In this document: piece after piece, positions 27,912 through 36,280 of the stretch
How positions within the stretch are numbered: position 1 is the stretch's first letter
How the letters are laid out: each line of letters starts with the position of its first letter
Source of the DNA: Roseovarius sp.
GTDB lineage: Bacteria; Pseudomonadota; Alphaproteobacteria; Rhodobacterales; Rhodobacteraceae
NCBI RefSeq assembly: GCF_040219995.1
Contig: NZ_JAVJUC010000022.1
Span: forward strand, 70,417-134,416
Direction: 5' to 3'
DNA length: 64,000 nucleotides
Translations under genes and position numbers: made by a program
The notes under the pieces: model-generated
Told to the model about the DNA's origin: nothing
The model's input: only the letters and a program-made list of their open reading frames with translations
Databases searched by the model: none

Positions 27912-28235
27912 ATGATCCGACGCGCGTTTCTATGTCTGGCTGTGGTCGCCCTCGGAGCCTGCGAGGCGACCAATCAGGTGGCGGATGATATTGCGCGTGA
28001 GCGGGCCAAGAGCGTGGTCAACACGGTCGTGGCAGAGCGGTTTCCGGGTGTGAATGCCGCGCCTGTCACGGATTGCATCATCGATGCGGCCTCGGCCCGC
28101 GAGATTGTCCGGATCGCCGGAGCGAGTGTCACCGGGGTGACCCCCGAGGTGGCACAAGAGGTTGTCAGCATCGCACAGCGCCCCGAGGCCGTGCAATGCA
28201 TCGCCGCAAATAGCCTGACCCTGCTGGGCGGCTGA
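27912..28235 (+). CDS. Hypothetical lipoprotein
   Basis: MIRRAFLCLAVVALGAC lipobox; two further Cys. Confidence 0.75.
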   Translation: MIRRAFLCLAVVALGACEATNQVADDIARERAKSVVNTVVAERFPGVNAAPVTDCIIDAASAREIVRIAGASVTGVTPEVAQEVVSIAQRPEAVQCIAANSLTLLGG

Positions 28236-28247
28236 AAGGAGTAGAAA

Positions 28248-29027
28248 ATGGTTCAACTCACACTCCCCAAGAATTCGCGCATGGTGACGGGCAAAACCTG
28301 GCCCAAGCCCGAGACGGGTGGCACGATGCGCAAGTTCACGATCTATCGCTGGAACCCCGATGACGGGCAGAACCCGCGCGTCGATACCTATTTCGTCGAT
28401 CTCGACGATTGCGGGCCGATGGTTCTGGATGCGCTCATTTACATCAAGAACAAGATCGACCCGACGCTGACCTTTCGCCGCTCTTGCCGCGAGGGGATTT
28501 GCGGATCGTGCGCGATGAATATCGACGGGATCAACACGCTCGCGTGCATCTACGGGATGGACGAGGTCAAGGGCGACGTGAAGATCTACCCGCTGCCGCA
28601 TATGCCGGTGGTCAAGGATCTGATCCCCGACCTCACGCATTTCTATGCGCAGCATGAGAGCATCATGCCGTGGCTGGAGACCAAGACCAACCGGCCCGCG
28701 AAGGAATGGAAGCAGTCGATCGAGGACCGCGAAAAGCTGGACGGGCTGTATGAATGCGTGATGTGCGCCTGCTGCTCGACCTCCTGCCCGTCCTATTGGT
28801 GGAACGGCGACAAGTATCTGGGGCCGGCCGCGCTGCTGCACGCCTATCGCTGGATCATCGATTCACGCGATGAGGCGACGGGCGAGCGGCTGGACGATCT
28901 GGAGGATCCGTTCAAGCTCTATCGCTGCCACACGATCATGAACTGCACCAAGACCTGCCCCAAGGGCCTGAACCCCGCCAAGGCGATTGCAGAGATCAAG
29001 AAGATGATGGTCGAACGGCACGTGTGA
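28248..29027 (+). CDS. sdhB: Succinate dehydrogenase iron-sulfur subunit
   Basis: [31 protein letters not shown]. Confidence 0.98.
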   Translation: MVQLTLPKNSRMVTGKTWPKPETGGTMRKFTIYRWNPDDGQNPRVDTYFVDLDDCGPMVLDALIYIKNKIDPTLTFRRSCREGICGSCAMNIDGINTLACIYGMDEVKGDVKIYPLPHMPVVKDLIPDLTHFYAQHESIMPWLETKTNRPAKEWKQSIEDREKLDGLYECVMCACCSTSCPSYWWNGDKYLGPAALLHAYRWIIDSRDEATGERLDDLEDPFKLYRCHTIMNCTKTCPKGLNPAKAIAEIKKMMVERHV

Positions 29028-29135
29028 CGGCGACGCCCGGCCCGGGGCGGCAAGAGGCTGCCGACCCTCGAAAGCGTTTTGGGGAATACGATGTGCCTGT
29101 GATAATCTCTGCCGCAAAACGGGAGGGACAGGGTC

Positions 29136-30284
29136 ATGTCGACGACGCTCATGATTGGCACCACCAAGGGGGCCTTTCTTCTGCGATCCGGGGACGGCAG
29201 GCAGAGTTGGACCGTCGAAGGCCCGCTCTGTGACGGCTGGCCCATCAACCACGTGATCGGCGACCCGGAGAGCGGATGTATCTGGGCCGCCGGTGGTGGC
29301 GACTGGCACGGCGCGGGGGTCTGGCGGTCGGAGGACGGGGCGCGCTGGAGTTTGTCGAAGCTGTCCAACGGACAGTTCGATGAATGGGCCGCCAACGATC
29401 CGCAAATGGCCGAGATGTTCGGCTGGGAGCCGGTCGAGGCGGCGTTTGACGGCGAGGTCACGGCGGTCTGGTCGCTGCATCATGCGCATGGCACGCTTTA
29501 TGCTGGGACCAAGCCCGCCACGCTGTTTGCCAGCCGGGATGGCGGGCAGGGGTGGGAGCGTGTCGATGGGCTGAGCAACCACCCGTCGCGCGACAGTTGG
29601 AACCCCGGTGCGGCGGGGCTTGTGCTTCATACGATCGTCAGCGACCCGGACCGCCCCGGCAAGCTGTGGCTGGGCATTTCGGCCGCCGGTGTCTTTGCCA
29701 CCGAGGACGATGGTGCGACATGGGAACGGCGCAACCGCTTGTCCAACGAGGAGGGCTGCGCGCAGCACGCCCATCCGGCGGCGCCGCGTGATGGCGAGAC
29801 CGGGCATTGCGTCCACAACCTAGTGCGAGCGGCGGGGCGTGACCTGCTCTATCAGCAGAACCATCATGGCGTTTATCGCAGCCCGGACGGGGGGCGAAAC
29901 TGGCATGACATCACCGAGGGGCTGCCCTCGACCTTCGGCTTTCCGATTGCGGTGCATCCGGACGACCCCGAGACGCTGTGGGTGCTGCCGCTCAATGGCG
30001 ATATTGCCGGGCGCTATCCGCCCGATGCGTCTGCCGCCGTCTGGAAATCCACTGATGGCGGGCAAAGCTGGGCGGACAAGCGCGACGGCCTGCCGGGGCA
30101 GAACTGTTATTTCACCGTGCTACGACAGGCCATGACGGTGGACAAGGACAGCCCGGCGGGTGTCTATTTCGGGACCAATACCGGGTCCATTTTCGCGAGC
30201 GGCGATGCCGGTGAAAGCTGGCGCGAGATTGCGCGACACCTGCCGACCGTCCTGTCGGTCGAGGTGATGCAGCAGGCGGGCTGA
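29136..30284 (+). CDS. BNR/Asp-box repeat beta-propeller protein
   Basis: Repeated S.DGG..W motifs (SRDGGQGW, TEDDGATW, SPDGGRNW, STDGGQSW). Confidence 0.85.
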   Translation: MSTTLMIGTTKGAFLLRSGDGRQSWTVEGPLCDGWPINHVIGDPESGCIWAAGGGDWHGAGVWRSEDGARWSLSKLSNGQFDEWAANDPQMAEMFGWEPVEAAFDGEVTAVWSLHHAHGTLYAGTKPATLFASRDGGQGWERVDGLSNHPSRDSWNPGAAGLVLHTIVSDPDRPGKLWLGISAAGVFATEDDGATWERRNRLSNEEGCAQHAHPAAPRDGETGHCVHNLVRAAGRDLLYQQNHHGVYRSPDGGRNWHDITEGLPSTFGFPIAVHPDDPETLWVLPLNGDIAGRYPPDASAAVWKSTDGGQSWADKRDGLPGQNCYFTVLRQAMTVDKDSPAGVYFGTNTGSIFASGDAGESWREIARHLPTVLSVEVMQQAG

Positions 30285-30408
30285 GCGCGACAGGGTCCGC
30301 CGCGACGGTTGGCTTGCAATTCCTGCATGGCCAGAATGCAGCTTTGTCGGTTTTTCGCTGCAGCGCAGAGGATTATCTTTGCCTTGTCCGAAATATGGAG
30401 AAAAGACC

Positions 30409-30558
30409 ATGGCTTACCCGGTCGAGAAACCCCTGACCCCGATCCCTGCGCTGCCCGATTGGGTCGAGGCCTATTACACCCCCGAGGCCCCGGCGAACCG
30501 GCCCGAGGCGCCGACCCTGAGCGTGCTGGAGCAGATGTACGCCTATTACGACGGCTGA
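30409..30558 (+). CDS. Small protein (49 aa) MAYPVEKPLTPIPALPDWVEAYYTPEAPANRPEAPTLSVLEQMYAYYDG
   Basis: GGAG RBS upstream, genome-typical codon use, fills the gap; absent from ORF track. Confidence 0.65.
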   Translation: MAYPVEKPLTPIPALPDWVEAYYTPEAPANRPEAPTLSVLEQMYAYYDG

Positions 30559-30563
30559 GCCGT

Positions 30564-31100
30564 TTACCAGAAGGTCGGGTCGCTGAGCGCGGGGGCGCAG
30601 GTGGCGCGCCCGGTGAGCGGCGCGAGGGGCTGGCCGGTCAGTGATTGCGCGAGCCAGCCTTCGGGCTGCGACAGCGGGTAGGGGGCGGGCAGGTCGTGCA
30701 CCGTGACCGGCTCAAAGCCCACCCGCCCGTAAAAGGCGGGATCGCCATAGGTCACCGCGACCTCTGCGCCCGCCGCGCGCAGTGCCGTGAGGGCCTCTGT
30801 GATCATCTTTTGCCCAATGCCCTGACCCTGCCGGTCGGGGGCCACGGCAACGGGTGAGAGCAGCCAGGTGCGGCGCGTCTCGCCCGCGTGGCGCAGGCGG
30901 GTGAAGATGCAGGCCCCGACAAGGCCGCCATTGTCGGCGGTAAAGACGTGCAGGTCATCCGCGTCGGTCGTCGTCATCAGGTCGCGGGCGAGCCTGCCGA
31001 TTGATGCGCCTTCCTCAGCGCCCTCGGAGGCAGTGAAAGTGGACTTGAAGAGATCGGCGATGTCGGTCTCGCGGCCCGTGCTGCCGGATGTGATCTGCAT
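30564..31100 (-). CDS. GNAT family acetyltransferase (YhbS-like)
   Basis: LLSPVAVAPDRQGQGIG, YGDPAFYGRVGF. Confidence 0.88.
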   Translation of the reverse strand: MQITSGSTGRETDIADLFKSTFTASEGAEEGASIGRLARDLMTTTDADDLHVFTADNGGLVGACIFTRLRHAGETRRTWLLSPVAVAPDRQGQGIGQKMITEALTALRAAGAEVAVTYGDPAFYGRVGFEPVTVHDLPAPYPLSQPEGWLAQSLTGQPLAPLTGRATCAPALSDPTFW

Positions 31101-31266
31101 TCTGTCGCTGTCCCCTGTTTCCGCTTGATCTTGTCATGCCCGCGCGCGCCGGGAAAGCCGTGCCGGTGCGCGTCAGCACCGCAATGTGATCGCCCGGCGA
31201 CGTGCACCGGGGTTTTCATTTGCCGCCCCATGTCAGAGGATCACGCGCAACACAGGAGACACTGAT

Positions 31267-31842
31267 ATGCCGCTATTGCCGAGCCTGCCCGACCCCGCGC
31301 ATCTGATGGACCTCTACGCGCGTTTTCCCGAGAATGTGCGCCCGTTGATGGAGTATACCGACGGGCTGTTGCGCGGCGAGGGCGAATTGAGCGTGGGTGA
31401 GCGGGAACTGATCGCCACCTATGTCTCGGCGCTCAATGCCTGCACGTTCTGTGCAGGCGCGCATCGTGCCTATGCCGAGGTGTTCGGGATCGACAGCGCG
31501 CTGATCGACGCGCTGATCGAGGATGTGGAGAGCGCGCCGGTGGACGACAGGCTGCGCCCGGTGCTGGCCTATGTGGCCAAGCTCAACACCCTGCCGAGCA
31601 AGCTGGTGGAGCGGGACGCTAGGGCCGTCTATGACGCGGGCTGGTCGGAGGGCGCGCTTTACGAGGCGGTGCAGGTCTGCGCGCTCTTTAACATGATGAA
31701 CCGGATCGTCGAGGGGACGGGGGTGAATTTCGATTATGCCGATGCGCCCGAGGGGCATCCGGCGGCGGGATCCTCTCCCGAAGCGCAGGCGCGCAGCTAT
31801 AGCCAGTTCGGCGAGATGGTAGCGGCGATGGCCAAGGGCTGA
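31267..31842 (+). CDS. Carboxymuconolactone decarboxylase / AhpD-like peroxidase-related enzyme
   Basis: ERELIATYVSALNACTFCAGAH; start moved to MPLLP. Confidence 0.88.
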   Translation: MPLLPSLPDPAHLMDLYARFPENVRPLMEYTDGLLRGEGELSVGERELIATYVSALNACTFCAGAHRAYAEVFGIDSALIDALIEDVESAPVDDRLRPVLAYVAKLNTLPSKLVERDARAVYDAGWSEGALYEAVQVCALFNMMNRIVEGTGVNFDYADAPEGHPAAGSSPEAQARSYSQFGEMVAAMAKG

Positions 31843-31847
31843 ACCGT

Positions 31848-32057
31848 ATGATCGTTGTCGTCGGGCTGATCGTTGCCTTTATCCTCGTGCTGATCTTTTC
31901 CAATCGCGCGACGCGGGCGTGCCGGTGGCGGGAATACCGGGTGAGCGGTTGCGATCTGCGGCGGCGCTGGCATTGCGTGACTTGCGGGGCGGAGGTCTTT
32001 ACATCCGACGGGACCGCGCCGAAGGTCTGTCATGCCCCCGGTCGCAAGAGGACGTGA
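31848..32057 (+). CDS. Small membrane-anchored Cys-rich protein
   Basis: N-terminal TM, CRW, W.C..CG and a distal C. Confidence 0.6.
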   Translation: MIVVVGLIVAFILVLIFSNRATRACRWREYRVSGCDLRRRWHCVTCGAEVFTSDGTAPKVCHAPGRKRT

Positions 32058-32061
32058 CACC

Positions 32062-32907
32062 ATGAGCCAAGCCCCCGCCGATGCCGCCGCCCGCCGCGCC
32101 GTGGCGCCCGTGATCTGCTATCCCAATGACACACTGCCGGTGCCCGAACTGGCGCTCTATGCAGCGGCGCGCGAGGGGGCGGAGAAGATTGCGGAGGTGG
32201 TGGTGCCGCCGCGTGAGGCGGCCTGCTTTCGCGTGGGCGCGGGCGAGTTTTTCCGGATCAGCAGCGTCGAGGGGCCGCAGGTGGGCGATCTCAACCTGTG
32301 GAACGCGGATGACCTGTCGGAGCGGTTCTATTCCGGCAAGACGCGGGCGCTGCATGGCACCCATGTGACGCGGGGCGAGCGGCTGTGGTCGTCCTTTCCG
32401 CATCTGCGCGCCATGGCGACGATCATCGCGGATACGCTGGAGTGGTATGGAATCGACGATTTCGGCGGCTCGGTGCATGACGTGATCGGCACGCGTTGCG
32501 ATCCCTATACAGGCAACCTGCTGTCGGGCGTGCAGTATCACCATTGCTGCCATTCCAACCTGACGCGCGCGGTCGCCGATGAGTTGGGGGTGTCGCTGGC
32601 CGAGGCGGAGGGGCATGTGCATGACGTGCTCAACGTTTTCATGTGCACCGGGTTCACCCGCGATACGGGGCAGTATTTCATGAAGGCGAGCCCGGTGCGG
32701 CCCGGCGATCATCTGGAGTTCCTTGCCGAGATCGACCTCTTGGGGGCGTTGAGTGCCTGCCCGGGCGGGGATTGTTCGGCGGAACATACCAGTGATGCGG
32801 CGGCGTGTTACCCGCTGATGGTCGAGGTGTTTCGGCCCGTGGCGGGGGCGTTGCGCGGCTGGCAGAGCCCGGCGCGCAACGGGTATGATCGCAGTCATGG
32901 GGGGTGA
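32062..32907 (+). CDS. DUF1989 / urea carboxylase-associated family protein
   Basis: QVGDLNLWN, HDVIGTRCDPY, HHCCHSNL, ALSACPGGDC. Confidence 0.85.
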   Translation: MSQAPADAAARRAVAPVICYPNDTLPVPELALYAAAREGAEKIAEVVVPPREAACFRVGAGEFFRISSVEGPQVGDLNLWNADDLSERFYSGKTRALHGTHVTRGERLWSSFPHLRAMATIIADTLEWYGIDDFGGSVHDVIGTRCDPYTGNLLSGVQYHHCCHSNLTRAVADELGVSLAEAEGHVHDVLNVFMCTGFTRDTGQYFMKASPVRPGDHLEFLAEIDLLGALSACPGGDCSAEHTSDAAACYPLMVEVFRPVAGALRGWQSPARNGYDRSHGG

Positions 32908-33152
32908 TGGAGTGGGAATGGCCTGAAGCTGACGTTAGATTGAAGCACCTGCGCGGAACAAGGGCGAAGCCCGCCGCGCATCGCCGGGCCGCCCCCCGGC
33001 ACGGCGATTTGGCTGCAACCTGCTCTGTGCGCGGATGTTTTTCGGGCTTGGCTGATATAAAGCGCTACAAATCTGATGTTGGATCGCCGCACCGCGGCCC
33101 GTCGATGCGCGGCTCACGTCAACGGCAGATCCAGGCCATTACGCACCCCTTT

Positions 33153-34268
33153 CTAGAACGGCTTGCGCCAGGCGAGGGCGAAGCTCCAGTCGGTTTTGGA
33201 CTGCACGCCGTTGAGGTCCTGATGGATCGGCAGACCCAGTTCAAAGCCGATCAGGTGGCCTTTCAGCGGCCCCTTGCGGGGTGTGATGTCGGCCCCGGCA
33301 TAGAGCGTCACGTAGCGCCCGCCGTAATTCTGCGGATCGGCCCCGAGTGACGGCCCCATGATGCGCGGATCGCGCCCGTGGATGTGATCGGCATAGCGAT
33401 ATTCGAGCCGACCCGAGTAGCTGATCCACGGCGCGGCGCGGTAGCTGAGCCAGCCGGTGAGGGCTGCCTCATGGCCCTGCCGATACCCGGCGTGATTGCG
33501 GTCGAGCCGCAGGATGCCGCGCAGCTGCCCGCCCCAGTTCATCGCACCACGCCCGCTCTCCCATGTCAGGCTGGGATGCAGATCGTAGGTGCCCGAGCCA
33601 AGCTGCATCGAATAGGCGAGCCGCATGGTGGGGGTGGTGCCCATCGGGCTGAGCATCTGGCCGGTTTCGGTGATCGAGCCGGTGGGCAGGCTGAGCCCGA
33701 GGCCGAGCGCGGCGCGGCTGCGCCCGGCCTTGTGCAGCGACCAGAGCGCGCCGAGACGGAGATCGCCGAGACCCTCTGAGCTGGCAGTGTTCTGGCCGAG
33801 GACCGTGGTGCCGGTGGGACCGGCATAGGTGCGCATGGTCATGGATTTGCGGATATAGGGCAGCATGCCCATCAAGGTGAGGCGATCGCTGACGCCGTAC
33901 ATCGCGCCCAGCATGTGCATCTGGCCGGTCATCTCGACCGGGGCCATGCGGATGGTGGGGGGCTGGCCGGGCATACCGGCAAAGGCATTGGGCACCGTCG
34001 TGACCAGCGTCGCGGCATCGAGATCATCGGTGCCGGAGCGGATGCCCGCCATCGACATCGCGCCCAGCCGGTAGGTCAGAACCACGCGGCCCTCGGGCAG
34101 TTGGTGGCGGCCCGGCAGGCCGACGGGGCCGTGATGGTGCATATGGTGCTGGCTCCGGGGCATCTTGCCGCCGGTCTGCATGGTCATCGTTGGCATGGTC
34201 TGGGCCGTGGCCATGGTGGCCAGCAGCCCGGCGCAGGCGAGAGCCGCGCCAAGGGTTCGTTTGAGCAT
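33153..34268 (-). CDS. Met/His-rich outer-membrane beta-barrel protein, copy 2 (putative metal uptake channel)
   Basis: Signal peptide, TMPTMTM..HHMHHH N-terminus, QMHMLGAMY, alternating beta-strand pattern, terminal Phe. Confidence 0.75.
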   Translation of the reverse strand: MLKRTLGAALACAGLLATMATAQTMPTMTMQTGGKMPRSQHHMHHHGPVGLPGRHQLPEGRVVLTYRLGAMSMAGIRSGTDDLDAATLVTTVPNAFAGMPGQPPTIRMAPVEMTGQMHMLGAMYGVSDRLTLMGMLPYIRKSMTMRTYAGPTGTTVLGQNTASSEGLGDLRLGALWSLHKAGRSRAALGLGLSLPTGSITETGQMLSPMGTTPTMRLAYSMQLGSGTYDLHPSLTWESGRGAMNWGGQLRGILRLDRNHAGYRQGHEAALTGWLSYRAAPWISYSGRLEYRYADHIHGRDPRIMGPSLGADPQNYGGRYVTLYAGADITPRKGPLKGHLIGFELGLPIHQDLNGVQSKTDWSFALAWRKPF

Positions 34269-34337
34269 TGTGTCGTCCTTTGAGAACGGGCGCGCAGGAG
34301 CGGCCCGGTGATCTGTCGTGATGGTGTCAGGGTCAGA

Positions 34338-34721
34338 TCAGGCGATCGGGGGCGCGCGGGGCTGATGGGCGGGTGCCGTGGGCCGCGTCACGCGGGCGGG
34401 GTGGCCGGGCCGGACTATCCGCGCAACCAGCCGCCCGCTGGGCGCCGGAACGGTGAGATCGGGCAGATCAAGCGCTGCGGTGATCCCGAAGGCGGGGCAG
34501 GGATCGTGGGCGGTGCCCTCGCCCGGTTCCGCCGGGCCGTCGCCGCCGATGGGGATATAGATGATGTCCGTGCCGGTGCAGATCGCCATCATGCCGGGGC
34601 CGGGGGCGCCGCCCGCCATCACCATCGGCAGGGCCGCGACCCGCAGGGCAAGCACCAGCGCCAGAAGCACCGCTACGCCGCCGCGCGCCCAGGCGGTCGA
34701 GATCTTGGGAATGGTCCGCAT
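34338..34721 (-). CDS. DUF2946/CruR-like leader protein with C-terminal PRAPP, copy 2
   Basis: Hydrophobic N-terminus, ICTG, HDPCPAF, Pro-rich tail QPRAPPIA*. Confidence 0.8.
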   Translation of the reverse strand: MRTIPKISTAWARGGVAVLLALVLALRVAALPMVMAGGAPGPGMMAICTGTDIIYIPIGGDGPAEPGEGTAHDPCPAFGITAALDLPDLTVPAPSGRLVARIVRPGHPARVTRPTAPAHQPRAPPIA

Positions 34722-34747
34722 AGCTGCCCGTTACTTGTTCGGGTCAG

Positions 34748-34775
34748 TTATATGGATGATCACGAATTTGTGAAG
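34748..34775 (-). promoter_or_regulatory. Candidate promoter TTCACA-N16-TATAAC with overlapping TCAC-N6-GTGA inverted repeat
   Basis: AT-rich patch about 30 nt upstream of leader 2. Confidence 0.45.
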
Positions 34776-34807
34776 TCGAAGCCGGACCCGTGGTCCGTTT
34801 TGCCGCA

Positions 34808-34837
34808 GGGGGGCGCGGGGAAACCCCGCGCCCCCCC
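34808..34837. other. GC-rich hairpin directly after the barrel 1 stop
   Basis: ggggggcgcgggg-aaa-ccccgcgcccccc; no U-tract on the minus strand. Confidence 0.55.
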
Positions 34838-34842
34838 GTTCT

Positions 34843-35976
34843 TCAGAATGCGTATTGCCAGCCGAGTGAGGCGATCCAGTCGGTTTCCATCTGCGGGCCG
34901 TTAAGGTCCTGATAGACCGGCACGCCGATTTCGGCGGCGAGGCGATGGCCGCGCAGCGCACCGCGCTGCGAGACGAGGTTCACCCCGCCAAAGAGGGTGA
35001 TGGTGTCACCGCCGTAATTGTCCGGGTCGGCGGTTTGCACCGGGCCTGCGATTTGCGAATCGCGGCCGCTGATATCGCCGACGGTCTTGGCCTCGATCCG
35101 TCCCGAGAGGCTGATCCACGGCTTGGGCTGGATGCTGGCCCAGCCGGTCAGCCGCGCCTCGTGGCCCAAACGGTAGCCTTCGTTCTTGCCGGTGCGGATC
35201 ACGCCCGACAGTTGCGCGCCCCAAGCGGTATTGCCCGAGCGGGCGTTGTAGGTGATGCCCGGCAGCAGGTCATAGGTGCCCGATCCGATCTGCATCGCGT
35301 AGGGCAGGCGGATATTGGGGCGGGCGCCATTGGGGGCGAGGATCGTGCCGCGCTCGGAGGTGGAGCCGGTGGGCAGGCTGACCCCAAAATTGAGGTGCCA
35401 TTTGTGATTGCCGCGCTCGGCGAGGCCGATCAGGGCCGACACCTTGAGATCGCCCCAGCCCTCGGAGGAGGTGCGAAAGCCGCCCAGAACGTTCGTGCCC
35501 GCGCCGCCCTGAAAGGTGATGTGGTCCATCTTCTTCTCGACATAGGGCAGCATCGCCATCAGGGTGATGCGGTCATTGGGGGCGTACATCGCGCCGAACA
35601 TGTGCATCTGCATCTGCATGTCGGTGGGCACGATCCGCAGCGTCGGCGGCTGGCCCGGCGCGCCGAAGAAGCGGTTGGGCACGGTGGTTGCGATGGTGGC
35701 GGGGCTGACATTGTCGTCGCCGATGAGATTGCCCTGCATGTCCATGTGCATGAAGCGATAGGAGAGCATCACCTCGCCGGTCTTGTGGCGGTGTTCGCCC
35801 ATCACGCCGATCGGGGCGTGACCATCGGCGCGCAGCGGTGGAAGGTCGGTCGCGCTGACGCGCAGCCCGTCGCCGGGGGCAGGTGGCGCGTCTTCGTGCG
35901 CCGTCGCGGGCAGTGTCGAAAAGCAAAGCGTCAGGGTCGCGCAGAATGCACCTGCGCGCAGGAAAACCTGTGTCAT
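34843..35976 (-). CDS. Met/His-rich outer-membrane beta-barrel protein, copy 1
   Basis: Signal peptide, RADGHAPIGVMGEHRH, MHMDM, MQMQMHMFGAMY, ends WQYAF. Confidence 0.8.
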   Translation of the reverse strand: MTQVFLRAGAFCATLTLCFSTLPATAHEDAPPAPGDGLRVSATDLPPLRADGHAPIGVMGEHRHKTGEVMLSYRFMHMDMQGNLIGDDNVSPATIATTVPNRFFGAPGQPPTLRIVPTDMQMQMHMFGAMYAPNDRITLMAMLPYVEKKMDHITFQGGAGTNVLGGFRTSSEGWGDLKVSALIGLAERGNHKWHLNFGVSLPTGSTSERGTILAPNGARPNIRLPYAMQIGSGTYDLLPGITYNARSGNTAWGAQLSGVIRTGKNEGYRLGHEARLTGWASIQPKPWISLSGRIEAKTVGDISGRDSQIAGPVQTADPDNYGGDTITLFGGVNLVSQRGALRGHRLAAEIGVPVYQDLNGPQMETDWIASLGWQYAF

Positions 35977-36280
35977 GGTCTTGGTCTCTTTTGTTGGGGT
36001 CCGTCGGATGGGCGCGCGGGGCTAGGCGAGTGGCCCGGCTGGCGCCTGCGGAATTCCTCGTGAAAATGGATTGGGTGATCTGGCCGTAAGGGGCTGGCAT
36101 GGGCCCGTTCGGGCCGGTCATCCCTGCTCTCGATTGTGTCCGTCTGCCCGCTGGAGAGGGCGTCGCGGTCGAGAACCTGAATGGGGAAAGCCCCCCGCAC
36201 CGGATGTCCCGCTGGAGATGCATGCCGTCCCTGTGTGGGGGAACGGATGCACGGGTGGGCCCGTCAGGCGCGCATGCCAG

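Noticed and set aside
32935-33150. Intergenic stretch after barrel 2 as a pseudogene, IS end or sRNA
   Set aside because: Only a 6-codon ORF (MAWICR) and a weak GC palindrome are present; no terminal inverted repeats or recognisable homology.
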